Shown here piece by piece: positions 10,113 through 20,203 of a stretch of 48,579 nucleotides of DNA; position 1 is the stretch's first letter; every line of letters starts with the position of its first letter. The DNA is from a virus (lineage: Duplodnaviria; Caudoviricetes). The stretch lies in IMG/VR virus record IMGVR_UViG_3300027753_000024, positions 1-48,579 of that record; one strand, written 5' to 3'. Both the position numbers and the translations under genes were made by a program. The notes beneath the pieces are model-generated. The model worked only from the letters and a program-made list of their open reading frames with translations, did no database searches and was not told the origin of the DNA.

Positions 10113-10995
10113 AGGACCGTTTTTTACTGAATCAAATGCTACTGCCGATCATTTTATACTAGGAAATCTTACAGAAGATTTGTATAACGGCAACGCAGAT
10201 AAATATAAAGCGGTTACTTTCCCTTCTAAGACTACTAACCTAGGTAAGTTTATAGGAGCTATATGGCAATTTGCTATAGATTATGATAGGATGCCAGACT
10301 CTTCTGAGAGATCCTCTATTTATGATGCAGCTGGAATTAAGAAGCCTGCATTCCCTGAACTAGATGCTAAGGCAGAAGATTTCTTTGGGACTAATGGTAA
10401 TCTAGATCCTACAAAACATGTTGTTGTTAGTGAGGATATTATGGGTAAAGCCACTAATATGGTAGACAAACTTATGTTTGATTACTATGTAAAAGAATTA
10501 CTATCTGCTAACTCTGAAAAGACTATTCATACTTCTGTAGTACTAGAGTCTAATTATGAAGGGCGCATAAAATGTAAAGGTGAGTTAGATAAACTAATTG
10601 TAGATCATGCCAACAAGACTGTACAGATTGCAGACCTTAAAACTATGGGCAATTATAACTATTCTTTTAATTCTTCTTTCTGGTCTTTTAGATATGATAT
10701 ACAAGGCGCATTCTATTATTCCTTAGTAGAGTCTATGATTGCAAATAATCCTCTTTACGAAGAATATACGCAACTTAACCCTGTATTTATAGCTGTAGAT
10801 CCTTGGACGCCTCATCCATTAATATTTAAAATGTCTGATGAGACTTTAAGTAAAGGTAAAGATGGTTACAAAGATCATTATGATAACTATCAACCAGGTT
10901 GGGTTAAATTAATGGAGCTTTATGAATTTTATGAATCTAATACTTATGAATATCCCAGAGAGACTATAGAGTCTAATGGCACAATTATGATTTAA
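10054..10995 (+). CDS. PD-(D/E)xK exonuclease (RecE/ExoVIII-like)
   Basis: NQSLLK, CKGELDKL, IADLKT, YDIQGAFY. Confidence 0.88.
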   Translation: MKNYREMPGVNQSLLKKLIKGPFFTESNATADHFILGNLTEDLYNGNADKYKAVTFPSKTTNLGKFIGAIWQFAIDYDRMPDSSERSSIYDAAGIKKPAFPELDAKAEDFFGTNGNLDPTKHVVVSEDIMGKATNMVDKLMFDYYVKELLSANSEKTIHTSVVLESNYEGRIKCKGELDKLIVDHANKTVQIADLKTMGNYNYSFNSSFWSFRYDIQGAFYYSLVESMIANNPLYEEYTQLNPVFIAVDPWTPHPLIFKMSDETLSKGKDGYKDHYDNYQPGWVKLMELYEFYESNTYEYPRETIESNGTIMI

Positions 10996-10996
10996 C

Positions 10997-11671
10997 ATGA
11001 TGAAATTTACATATACAAGTTTATTCGTATTTCCATTACTGGGCATACCTAAAAGACTGTTTGGAATATCAAAGTACACTAAAGGAAAGTACATAGGAAC
11101 TAGGTTTGTTAATGCATATCTATATCAAGAAAGTATAAATACACCGATTAACTCAATCTGTGTTGTCTACTCTAACTTTATGGATAAAGGTCAAGCTGCT
11201 TTTCAGGATACTCTAGAATCGTATGATGACTTTAGGTTTACTTATGACTTATTGAAAGGTTATATGTCTGTTAGTGTATTTTCTATTTCTGAAGATCAAC
11301 TAGAGGCTTATAATTTATTCTTAGAAGGTAAGTACAGTAAATACCCTAATAAGAGCAAGTCATTGTGCTATGATTATGTACCTGGAGATATGGATATTAT
11401 GGTTCCTTTTCTTCAAAGTATATTTCTAAGGGAATCTCCTAGGAGAGAAAAGATAGAGAGAGATTTGAAAATAACTTTAGCAGAAGATGCGGAGTTATGG
11501 AGCATATACACTCCAGAAAAAGAATCTATTAACCCTTCTACTATTAAGAATTTAAAATCAAAAATAATTGAATATGCAGAGTTATGGCCAAGACAAGTTC
11601 GTCCCCATGAATTTTTGGACGAAATTACTGTCTCCGAAATGGGCAAGAGTTCTCCAGGATTTATTGAATGA
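10997..11671 (+). CDS. Conserved crAss-like hypothetical protein
   Basis: FVFPLL, FVNAYL, FLEGKYSK and AELWS motifs; follows the exonuclease. Confidence 0.75.
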   Translation: MMKFTYTSLFVFPLLGIPKRLFGISKYTKGKYIGTRFVNAYLYQESINTPINSICVVYSNFMDKGQAAFQDTLESYDDFRFTYDLLKGYMSVSVFSISEDQLEAYNLFLEGKYSKYPNKSKSLCYDYVPGDMDIMVPFLQSIFLRESPRREKIERDLKITLAEDAELWSIYTPEKESINPSTIKNLKSKIIEYAELWPRQVRPHEFLDEITVSEMGKSSPGFIE

Positions 11672-12278
11672 TAAAAGTACAAACGACTTAATCTCTACAA
11701 TTGGTAGTTATTATAAAACAAAAGATTTATGCCCTGATCAAAAAGATGTGTTTAGGGCATTTAAAGAAGTTGATTATTCTAACTTAAAAGTTGTAGTAAT
11801 AGGGCAAGACCCTTATCATGATGGTAAGTCTGCATGTGGATTAGCTTTTGCTAATTCTACAGATAAGAAAGGCGTTAGCCCTTCTTTAAAACGCATACTA
11901 AATGAGACGCCTAATAAAGGTTACTTTACAGATAAAAATTTATCTAACTGGACGTCTCAGGGAGTACTACTATTAAATACAGCATTGACTGTAGAAAAAG
12001 GAAAACCAGGATCTCATGTTGATCTCTGGAAGAACTTTACGAAGAACACAATAACATCAATATCAAACTCTACTTCAGGATTAATTTTTATGCTATGGGG
12101 AGCTCATGCTCAATCATATAAAAGCTGTATAAATGAAAATTTGCATTATATACTAGAAGCTGAACACCCTGTAGCAGGAGCATATCAAGGAAGGACTTGG
12201 CAATCTAATGATTGTTTTGATAAAGCCAATGATATACTCTTAAAAAATAATGGAGTAGACTTTATAATAAACTGGTAA
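11607..12278 (+). CDS. ung: Uracil-DNA glycosylase, family 1
   Basis: KVVVIGQDPYH, GLAF, SPSL, QGVLLLNTALTV, FMLWG, HP. Start uncertain (11568, 11574 or 11607). Confidence 0.95.
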   Translation: MNFWTKLLSPKWARVLQDLLNDKSTNDLISTIGSYYKTKDLCPDQKDVFRAFKEVDYSNLKVVVIGQDPYHDGKSACGLAFANSTDKKGVSPSLKRILNETPNKGYFTDKNLSNWTSQGVLLLNTALTVEKGKPGSHVDLWKNFTKNTITSISNSTSGLIFMLWGAHAQSYKSCINENLHYILEAEHPVAGAYQGRTWQSNDCFDKANDILLKNNGVDFIINW

Positions 12279-14498
12279 ATGGAAATACAAAAAATAACAG
12301 ACGCAGAAGTAGAATCTTCTGACGTGCTTGAATCTTTAGACTTTAAATTTAATGAAGACGCAATGTCTTTAATGTTCAAGTCTTTCACGGATTCATTATA
12401 TTCTAATAAGATAGGATCTATTGTTAGGGAAATTGTTTCTAATGCAGCAGATGCTAATCAAGAAAATAACTCTGTTAAGCCTGTAGAGATACACCTAGAG
12501 ACGTTAATAACAGATTCTCTAGAACTGACTGTTAAGGATTATGGCAAAGGCCTATCCCCTGACTTAATTAAAAATACCTATACCCAATACTTTGCATCGA
12601 CTAAAAGAAACACTAACGAGCAAATAGGAGGTTGGGGTATTGGGGCTAAGACTCCTTTAAGCTATGCTAAAAGTTTTTACCTGATTACACATCATGAAGA
12701 CAAAAAATATAAATACTTAGTAAGCAGAGGTGAGGTTGCCCCTCAGATTAATTTAATATTTACTGAAGACAGTACAGATATAGGTACATCAGTAGTAATA
12801 AATTTCAAAAAGGAAGACCTAGCTACTTTAACTGCAGAGCTGCAACATCAACTAAAGTATTTTGATAATGTAAATTATTATGGATGTTCTATAGATAATA
12901 ATTATCGGCTATACTACTTTAATAATTTTATTGTAAGGCCAGGTAACAATCAATTAGAAATTTCTTTAGGCAGAGTGTGTTACCCTATTATGGAATCTGT
13001 AGTACAAGACGCAGTTTTAGAAATAAAAGAACTTACTTTTAATAATGTATCAAAACACCTTAATGCTAGCGCTCTTTCTGCACTGCCTATAGCATTAAAA
13101 TTTGAGATAGGAGAGCTAGATGTTACTTTAAGTAGAGAACAGTTAGAATACACTGATAAAACTAAATCAGCTATAAAAAGTAGAATACTAGCAGCTATCA
13201 AGGAACTTGATAAGCTAGTCGCACTTAATGATAAGACTGTTAAAAATCTAGAACACTTTTTAGAAGTAGGTGCAGGAAATGCATCTGAAGGTAACTACAT
13301 TAAACTAGAAGATGAAACTTATTTTTCTCTTTACTCAGTTAATAAAGGGAATGACGGTTATAGAAGGGGAACATGGGTTTACCCTGTTTTTAGAGAGCCT
13401 GAAGTAATTATAAAATCTTTTAGCAGTGAGGATAATGCCTTCTTAGCATCAAAGTTATCTAGCATAGGATACTTTATTAATTTTACTCAACGTACAGTTA
13501 AATATGGAAAACCTACTTCTGTAAAAAAGTCCGTAAATAAGTTATTTCGTTTAGCAAGTAAATCTATAATTCAATTTATTAATAGTTTAGAAGATACTGA
13601 AGTGTTATTATTAGATGAAAAGGTTAACAGAAATAAACTTTTGTACTTAGCTAATAATGGTCTTGCAGAAAATGATAGTACTTATGATAAAACAGAGTAT
13701 ACAATAATCTGTGCTGAAGTTAATAATAAAGATGGATCACATAGGAGTGTTGAACACCCAAACCCTGAAATATTTAATGAAGTATTGGCTCTTTTAAATA
13801 AAAAGCTAACTGTTTTAAGTGATATAGAGATCCCAGAAGATTGGTTAATTAAATATAAGCAAACTCATGCTAATGTAAAAAAGGCCATAGATAATACTAA
13901 AATTAATGTTATTGACACCCGCTATGGTAATAGACTAAAGCTAAGTATACAAGAACTTAGAAGTAAGAATAACTTAGTAGTATATGGGACTCAAGATAAT
14001 AGAGCTGCTTTAGATAAAGTACAGTATCTTTTTAAAAGAATAGAAATAAAATGCGATGTATATGTTTGTTCTATAGATAACTTACACTATTTTGATAATA
14101 ATCCTAAATTTATTTATATAGAAGACATTAATAATTATTTACAGAAAAAGTTTATTAATGCATATGTAATAGATAAGGTTCGCACTTTATATAGTACTGA
14201 TCAATATCATTTTTATAATAATCATTTTAAAAATAGCATAAATACTTTAGGTAAAAATCTAAAAATATTAGATCAATATCGTTGTAAAAATTTAAATAAA
14301 TATGACTATATCTTGAGTAACCTTGATATACCTGGGACTATAAGCTTAGATGAATATGAGTGTATTTTTATTCATAGCAATCAGTCTTACGATATTATTA
14401 AAATTCTTAAAAACGTAACCGAAGAATTGTGTCAAGTATATGATGCAATCTATCCGACTAACAAAATTTTATACAAATTAATTAATCATAAAAAATGA
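12279..14498 (+). CDS. rIIA: rIIA-like protein (N-terminal GHKL ATPase)
   Basis: LYSNK...REIVSNAADA, DYGKGL, STKR...IGGWGIGAK and SREQLEY; paired with rIIB. Confidence 0.9.
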   Translation: MEIQKITDAEVESSDVLESLDFKFNEDAMSLMFKSFTDSLYSNKIGSIVREIVSNAADANQENNSVKPVEIHLETLITDSLELTVKDYGKGLSPDLIKNTYTQYFASTKRNTNEQIGGWGIGAKTPLSYAKSFYLITHHEDKKYKYLVSRGEVAPQINLIFTEDSTDIGTSVVINFKKEDLATLTAELQHQLKYFDNVNYYGCSIDNNYRLYYFNNFIVRPGNNQLEISLGRVCYPIMESVVQDAVLEIKELTFNNVSKHLNASALSALPIALKFEIGELDVTLSREQLEYTDKTKSAIKSRILAAIKELDKLVALNDKTVKNLEHFLEVGAGNASEGNYIKLEDETYFSLYSVNKGNDGYRRGTWVYPVFREPEVIIKSFSSEDNAFLASKLSSIGYFINFTQRTVKYGKPTSVKKSVNKLFRLASKSIIQFINSLEDTEVLLLDEKVNRNKLLYLANNGLAENDSTYDKTEYTIICAEVNNKDGSHRSVEHPNPEIFNEVLALLNKKLTVLSDIEIPEDWLIKYKQTHANVKKAIDNTKINVIDTRYGNRLKLSIQELRSKNNLVVYGTQDNRAALDKVQYLFKRIEIKCDVYVCSIDNLHYFDNNPKFIYIEDINNYLQKKFINAYVIDKVRTLYSTDQYHFYNNHFKNSINTLGKNLKILDQYRCKNLNKYDYILSNLDIPGTISLDEYECIFIHSNQSYDIIKILKNVTEELCQVYDAIYPTNKILYKLINHKK

Positions 14499-15784
14499 TG
14501 AAAAACACTATTATAGCACATAGAGCAGATGACTCTATTTCTTTATTTATTAATGGCGAACACTTCTCTCATGTATACGACAGCATAGAAGATGCAAGAG
14601 AAGACTTTAAGCATATAATGTCTGTTAAGGCAGATTCTACAGATGAAGCTGTAAAAGAGTTAACTCATAGGTTTTCTCCTAAATATAAGCAACAAGTAAT
14701 AGATTTACTTGAGAAAAATAAAAACGGAGATTATTTCATTAAAGGAGTTAACTACCCTTTGCCTACTGCTTTAATGATTAGAATTAAAGATCAACTAGAA
14801 GAAGGATTGCCTGTACATAACTTGGTAAACTTCTTTAAGTGGCTTTGTCTTAATCCTGATGAGCATGTTAGAGAATCTTTGTTTCGTTTTATGGAGACTT
14901 TCAATATGCCTATTACTGATATGGGTTACTTTATTGGCTACAAAAGCGTAGCGTGGGCAGGACAGAAAGAAAAAGTATTCGCAGAAACAATTTGCCATGC
15001 TTACATTTCTAAGAAAGCTAACAATCAAGACCCTAAAGATGTATTGATTTACCAAAACATTGCCATACTAGAAGACGGCAGCGTAGACCCTGTAGTGGAT
15101 TCTTATCTGACCTTGGATAGTTCTACTGTGGACGATGTCTCAGAGTACTTAAAAGAGATGTATGTGACTACAAATAACACTGAAGTATCTCCTTATGACT
15201 ATGCTTTAATGAGTGAAGAGGATAGAGACAATCTTATTGAAGATGATGGTTGTTATTATAAGGAAGAAGAAAAAGATCTTACTCCTAATTACCTTGGTAA
15301 TGCGGAAGAGTTATTTCCTAAAGTAAATGAATTATTTAATAAAGACGAAAATGATTTTACTGATTGGCATACTAGAAGATCTTCTATTAAACTAGGTACT
15401 CCTAGCCAACTAGATAGAGATAAGTGTGACAATGACGAAACTGTTAGCTGTTCTAGCGGACTACATGTAGGCGCACCTGCATACGTTTCTAAGTTTGGGG
15501 GCAGTAATAGTATTATACTAGCCTGTCTAGTAAACCCTATGAATGTAGTAGCAGTTCCTTTTGATTATGCATGGCAAAAACTAAGATGCTGTGAGTATCT
15601 TCCTTATGCTATCTGTGAATTTAAGGACAATAAGATCTCAGAGATAGAGACTAAATACTTTGAAGATGACTATTCTGAGCTTCAATTGGAAGAGCTTAAT
15701 AGTAAACTTGAGGACTTACCTACTTTAGGAAATCAAGACCAGGCGTCTATTCTTGAAGATAGGATTGTACTTTGTAATAAATAA
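14495..15784 (+). CDS. rIIB: rIIB-like protein
   Basis: NFF...LNP, PIT..GYFIGYK, CSSGLHVG, VNP..VVAVP.D, KLRCCEY; ATGA overlap with rIIA. Confidence 0.9.
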   Translation: MMKNTIIAHRADDSISLFINGEHFSHVYDSIEDAREDFKHIMSVKADSTDEAVKELTHRFSPKYKQQVIDLLEKNKNGDYFIKGVNYPLPTALMIRIKDQLEEGLPVHNLVNFFKWLCLNPDEHVRESLFRFMETFNMPITDMGYFIGYKSVAWAGQKEKVFAETICHAYISKKANNQDPKDVLIYQNIAILEDGSVDPVVDSYLTLDSSTVDDVSEYLKEMYVTTNNTEVSPYDYALMSEEDRDNLIEDDGCYYKEEEKDLTPNYLGNAEELFPKVNELFNKDENDFTDWHTRRSSIKLGTPSQLDRDKCDNDETVSCSSGLHVGAPAYVSKFGGSNSIILACLVNPMNVVAVPFDYAWQKLRCCEYLPYAICEFKDNKISEIETKYFEDDYSELQLEELNSKLEDLPTLGNQDQASILEDRIVLCNK

Positions 15785-15788
15785 AAAG

Positions 15789-15817
15789 AAAGGGGGAGTA
15801 AAGTCTTCCCCTTTTTT
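15789..15817 (+). terminator. Intrinsic terminator after rIIB
   Basis: AAAGGGGGAG-taaagt-CTTCCCCTTT stem-loop running into a T tract. Confidence 0.75.
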
Positions 15818-15824
15818 ATCTTTG
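15817..15824 (+). promoter_or_regulatory. Bacteroidota -7 promoter element (TATCTTTG) for nrdJ
   Basis: TAnnTTTG match 22 nt upstream of the nrdJ ATG, immediately after the terminator. Confidence 0.6.
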
Positions 15825-15846
15825 TTTCCCCTTTTTAAATATTAAT

Positions 15847-18378
15847 ATGAATTATCTAGAAGCACTAAAAGCTGCCAAAAAATATTATGGCGGAGAGGAA
15901 CTTGCGGCCTCTGTATTTTTAAATAAATACGCAGTTAAAAATCCGAAAGGAGAGTATGAAGAAGATACCCCTGATAAGATGCATAGAAGACTTGCTAAAG
16001 AATTTTATGGGTCAATAAAAGAATGTCCTTTGAAGAGTAAGATGTTTCCTGACGAAGAGTCTGTGTACATTTTATTTAGGGATTTTGAATATATAATACC
16101 TCAAGGCTCTATAATGAGTCAACTAGGACATCCTTATTCTACTGGTAGTTTAAGTAATTGTTTTGTAGTAGGAACTCCTTATGATTCTTATGCGGGTATA
16201 CTGCAAAAAGATCAAGAATTAGTACAGTTAATGAAGCGTAGAGGTGGAGTAGGGATTGATCTCTCTACATTGAGGCCTGATACTACCCCTGTAAAAAATG
16301 CAGCAGGATCCTCTACAGGAGCTGTTAGTTTTATGCATAGATTTTCTAACACAACTAGAGAAGTAGCACAAAATGGACGTAGAGGAGCACTAATGATATC
16401 TATGGATATTAATCACCCTGATGTATTAGACTTTATTAAGATTAAAAGAGACTTGACCCAAGTAACGGGTGCAAACATTTCTGTTAAACTTAATGATGAG
16501 TTTATGAAAGCAGTCGAAGGGGATAAAGATTATATCTTACGATTTCCTTGTGACGCTGAAGTTCCTAACTATGTAGTTGATTACGATAAATTACTTGAAG
16601 TCAATACAGATGAGGGCATCGTACATATCAGAAGAATTAAAGCCAAACAATACTGGGATGAAATTATAAAGTCTGCACATAATGTAGCAGAGCCAGGATT
16701 AATGTTTTGGGATTCTATGGTTAATTACTCTCCTGATGGTATATATGATCAGTATAGACAAATTACTACTAATCCTTGTAGCGAAATAGCTATGCAACCA
16801 TATGATGCATGTAGATTAATCTGCATGAATTTATTTTCTATGGTGGAACAGCCTTTTACTATATACTCTGAGATTAATTATGACTTATTATACGATGTTG
16901 CGTATAGAATGCAAATGCTAGCAGACACTGTAGTGGATCTAGAAGTATCTAAAATCATAAAAATCTTAGATAAAATAGAAAAAGACCCAGAGCCAGAAGA
17001 AGTTAAGATCACTGAGTATACTCTTTGGAGAAAAGTTTTAGAGACTGCACAAAATTCTAGAAGAACAGGTACTGGGTTTACTGCACTAGGAGATATGATT
17101 GCAGCCTTAGGGTTAAAGTATGATTCTCCTGAGGCAATGAAAGTTATCGAACGAGTTATGCGTATTAAATTTAGAGCAGAATTAAATGCTTCTATAGATT
17201 TAGCAAAAGCTAATGGACCATTCGAAGGTTGGAGCTCTTTAAAGGAGAAAGAAGCCTCAGAAGATCCTAATAGTTTTTATCATACTATTCGTACTGAGTT
17301 CCCTGTAGAATGGGTAACCATGCTAGAGGTTGGTAGGAGAAATGTATCTTGGTCTACCGTTGCCCCTACAGGCACAGTATCTTTAATGACCCAAACTACT
17401 TCAGGACTCGAACCTTTATTTATGGCGTATTATATGCGACGTAAGAAAGTTAATCCTAATGATGAAGATTCACGAGTAGATTTTACTGATCAAAATGGAG
17501 ATACTTGGCAAGAGTTCCCAGTTTTACATCCTAAGTTTAAAGAGTGGATTAGAATTAATGGAGGCAACTCAACGACTAAAAGAATTGATGACTATTCAGA
17601 AGATGAACTTAAAGAGTTATTTGAAAAATCTCCTTGGTATAAAGCTACAGCTAATGATATTGATTGGATTAAGAGAGTAGAGATTCAAGGTCTTATACAG
17701 AAGTATATTACTCATAGTATTTCTTCTACTATTAATTTACCTAATGATGTAAAAGAAGAAGAGGTATCTAAGATCTACTTGGAGTCATGGAATAAAGGCT
17801 TAAAAGGTATCACTGTGTATAGAGATGGATCTAGAAGTGGAGTGTTAGTATCTAGCGACTCTTCTCCTGAATCATTTAAGTATAGTGATGCTCTTAAACG
17901 TCCTAAGTGTTTGCCTGTAGATATTTATACTACTACTAGTAAAGGCAAGAAATGGAATGTAATTGTAGGACTTTATAATAGTATTCCTTACGAGGTCTTT
18001 GCTATAGAACACTTTACTAATAAAGAAAAGGGTGAACTATGTAAAGTTAGTAGGGGGCATTATAATTTAGTACAAGGAGAAGAATTAATTTTAGAAAACA
18101 TAACATCTAAGATGACCGCTGAGGAAGATGCTTTAACTAGAATGGTATCTACTGCATTAAGACATGGGGCTGATATTACTTTTATAGTAGAGCAGCTTAA
18201 CAAGTCTTTTGGAGATATTACTTCTTTTGGTAAAGCAATAGCCAGAATCCTTAAAAAATATGCTGATCCTGCCTTACTAAATAAAGAAGTTACCTGCAGC
18301 GAATGCGGATCTTCTAATGTAGTATTTGAAGAGGGTTGCTATAATTGCAAGGACTGCGGAGCATCTGGGTGCTCTTAA
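15847..18378 (+). CDS. nrdJ: Class II (adenosylcobalamin-dependent) ribonucleotide reductase
   Basis: SLSNCFV, GGVG, RRGALM, TNPCSEI, VAPTGTVS, ISSTINLP, KGITVYRDGSR and a C-terminal CxxC...CxxCxxC Zn ribbon; no beta-subunit gene nearby. Confidence 0.93.
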   Translation: MNYLEALKAAKKYYGGEELAASVFLNKYAVKNPKGEYEEDTPDKMHRRLAKEFYGSIKECPLKSKMFPDEESVYILFRDFEYIIPQGSIMSQLGHPYSTGSLSNCFVVGTPYDSYAGILQKDQELVQLMKRRGGVGIDLSTLRPDTTPVKNAAGSSTGAVSFMHRFSNTTREVAQNGRRGALMISMDINHPDVLDFIKIKRDLTQVTGANISVKLNDEFMKAVEGDKDYILRFPCDAEVPNYVVDYDKLLEVNTDEGIVHIRRIKAKQYWDEIIKSAHNVAEPGLMFWDSMVNYSPDGIYDQYRQITTNPCSEIAMQPYDACRLICMNLFSMVEQPFTIYSEINYDLLYDVAYRMQMLADTVVDLEVSKIIKILDKIEKDPEPEEVKITEYTLWRKVLETAQNSRRTGTGFTALGDMIAALGLKYDSPEAMKVIERVMRIKFRAELNASIDLAKANGPFEGWSSLKEKEASEDPNSFYHTIRTEFPVEWVTMLEVGRRNVSWSTVAPTGTVSLMTQTTSGLEPLFMAYYMRRKKVNPNDEDSRVDFTDQNGDTWQEFPVLHPKFKEWIRINGGNSTTKRIDDYSEDELKELFEKSPWYKATANDIDWIKRVEIQGLIQKYITHSISSTINLPNDVKEEEVSKIYLESWNKGLKGITVYRDGSRSGVLVSSDSSPESFKYSDALKRPKCLPVDIYTTTSKGKKWNVIVGLYNSIPYEVFAIEHFTNKEKGELCKVSRGHYNLVQGEELILENITSKMTAEEDALTRMVSTALRHGADITFIVEQLNKSFGDITSFGKAIARILKKYADPALLNKEVTCSECGSSNVVFEEGCYNCKDCGASGCS

Positions 18379-18380
18379 CT

Positions 18381-18884
18381 ATGAAAACAAAAAGAAGAAC
18401 TCCTACGGGAGAAGCAGAATTATTTAGAGCTATATGGGGAGAACGTCCCCATATATGCACTAATTGTAAAGTTCCCTTAGGGGAAGAGGCTAAAGTGTTT
18501 TTCTTTTCTCATATAAAAGGCAAAGGAGCCCATCCTGAATTAAGGCTAGACAAAGAAAATATTCAATTACTTTGTTGGCAATGTCATACAGAATATGATC
18601 ATGGCTCCAGAGAAAAATATGAGAGCAGGAAAGACATTAACCTAGGTAAAGAAGTAGTAGATGAAGTTAATTATAGAGGATTCTATTTTGCTTCATGTGA
18701 TATGCTGGCAACTATTGTGTTGCAAATGTCAGGAGAGTATTTTACCAAACAAGAAATACACCTACTTAATAAACAACAAGCAAATACCCAAACCACTAAA
18801 GACCTTACTAATCAAGAATGGGAAACCTTCTTAGAGGCAGTCAGTGAGTATTGGGAAAATAAACTAAACGTAAATATATTTTAA
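18381..18884 (+). CDS. HNH nuclease with possible NinB-like C-terminal domain
   Basis: CTNC...SHI..KG..PELR....NIQLLCWQCH, followed by YRGFYF...TTKDLT..EW..FLE. ATG 18381 preferred over 18345. Confidence 0.75.
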   Translation: MKTKRRTPTGEAELFRAIWGERPHICTNCKVPLGEEAKVFFFSHIKGKGAHPELRLDKENIQLLCWQCHTEYDHGSREKYESRKDINLGKEVVDEVNYRGFYFASCDMLATIVLQMSGEYFTKQEIHLLNKQQANTQTTKDLTNQEWETFLEAVSEYWENKLNVNIF

Positions 18885-18885
18885 A

Positions 18886-19212
18886 ATGGATTTTAATGAA
18901 TATCAAAAAAAGGCAGTAACAACTGCTATATATCATCAAGCTCATAAGGTTACTTACCCTGCACTAGGACTAGGTAATGAAGCAGGTGAGGTTTTAGGAA
19001 AAGTAAAAAAGGTATTAAGAGACAACGATGGGCTGTTTACAGATGATCAGGTTTCTAAGATTGCCGACGAAGTAGGAGATGTTTTGTGGTACATGGCAGC
19101 ATTGTGCAGAGACTTAAATGTAAATCTTGAAGACGTTGCTCAGAAAAATATAGACAAACTAGAAGATCGTAAAAATAGAAATGTCATAAAAGGAAGTGGA
19201 GACTCAAGATGA
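18886..19212 (+). CDS. MazG-like nucleotide pyrophosphohydrolase
   Basis: FNEYQ, LGL.NEAGEV..KVKK, DEVGDVLWY, N..KL..R. Confidence 0.9.
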   Translation: MDFNEYQKKAVTTAIYHQAHKVTYPALGLGNEAGEVLGKVKKVLRDNDGLFTDDQVSKIADEVGDVLWYMAALCRDLNVNLEDVAQKNIDKLEDRKNRNVIKGSGDSR

Positions 19213-19367
19213 ATGCTCCTAAATACAGACGAATTGCTGCAAAGCTAGCCTTAAAGCATGGAATACATTTAACTCGTTCTAAAGAGTTCAATGACCTTGA
19301 TGCTGGGGCACAAACTAAAGTCAGGCACGAAGTTTTTAAAATTGTTAAAAATAAAGAAATCATATGA
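19209..19367 (+). CDS. 52-aa basic microprotein (not in ORF track)
   Basis: MNAPKYRRIAAKLALKHG...KNKEII*, with ATGA overlaps at both ends. Confidence 0.7.
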   Translation: MNAPKYRRIAAKLALKHGIHLTRSKEFNDLDAGAQTKVRHEVFKIVKNKEII

Positions 19368-19597
19368 AAGTAATCAGCTTATTAGTAGTAGGTTTATTGG
19401 CTAGCTGCACCACATCACAATTGGTTTATCAAACTCAAGAAGAAATAGAATTAGAACGAGCAAAAAAATTAGAATCATTAGGTCTTAAAGAATACAAAGT
19501 AATAACTGACGACAGTACATACCATATTCAAATACCAATAGACAGTGTTGTCTGTTATGACACTTTTGCGAAGTACTTTAAATACAACAGAGAATAA
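19364..19597 (+). CDS. Small predicted lipoprotein
   Basis: MKVISLLVVGLLAS-C signal peptide with a lipobox. Confidence 0.7.
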   Translation: MKVISLLVVGLLASCTTSQLVYQTQEEIELERAKKLESLGLKEYKVITDDSTYHIQIPIDSVVCYDTFAKYFKYNRE

Positions 19598-19603
19598 AAA
19601 ATT

Positions 19604-19906
19604 ATGAAAAATATATTTACACTCTTTAAAGAGTTACTAAGTAAAGCATATACTTTACTTTCAGGGGAAGGATATGCAGATGATATTAGAACCATAAATT
19701 ACTTCAGGATAGCAAAGAAAGACTATGGTAAGAAATTATTATACATAGTTACTTTTGACGATGGGAAGTATACTTACGAACATGACTATGTTTATAATAT
19801 GCTGATTAACACATATAAAATTAAGAATTGCTGGAAAAAATATGGGTACTATACTAACACAAATAATATTCCTAAAGATGCTTTAAAATACGTCAAGAAA
19901 ATATGA
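19604..19906 (+). CDS. Hypothetical protein
   Basis: 100-aa ORF with ATGA overlap into the next gene. Confidence 0.65.
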   Translation: MKNIFTLFKELLSKAYTLLSGEGYADDIRTINYFRIAKKDYGKKLLYIVTFDDGKYTYEHDYVYNMLINTYKIKNCWKKYGYYTNTNNIPKDALKYVKKI

Positions 19907-20109
19907 AAGTAAAGGACAAAGTAAAAGATATCATAGATGCCCAACAAGACAAAGGTTTATCCAAGTATGGTGTGTACGTTGATGAGGCTGACTTGACTGC
20001 GGAAGAGTGGATAGAACACGCCCAGGAAGAACTAGCAGACATGATGGTGTACTTAGAGTGTCTTAAACGAAAGATATCAAAACGACTAATTGATATATTA
20101 GATGATTGA
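19903..20109 (+). CDS. Small all-alpha NTP-pyrophosphatase-like protein
   Basis: KG..KYG...W.EHAQEELAD...Y pattern (EExxD). Confidence 0.65.
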   Translation: MKVKDKVKDIIDAQQDKGLSKYGVYVDEADLTAEEWIEHAQEELADMMVYLECLKRKISKRLIDILDD

Positions 20110-20203
20110 GCTTATAGCAGTAGGAGGAATGACTCTAGTAGTGTTATTCTTATTTATCTTTTTTATAATTTTACTTTATATGATATTTTATTATGAAGAG
20201 TGA
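20102..20203 (+). CDS. 33-aa single-pass membrane peptide (not in ORF track)
   Basis: MIELIAVGGMTLVVLFLFIFFIILLYMIFYYEE* overlaps both neighbours and fills the gap. Confidence 0.55.
   Translation: MIELIAVGGMTLVVLFLFIFFIILLYMIFYYEE

Noticed and set aside
1038-18378. Introns or inteins in polA, dnaB, primase or nrdJ
   Set aside because: The genes are contiguous and of normal length, with no intein terminal motifs or embedded homing endonuclease seen.
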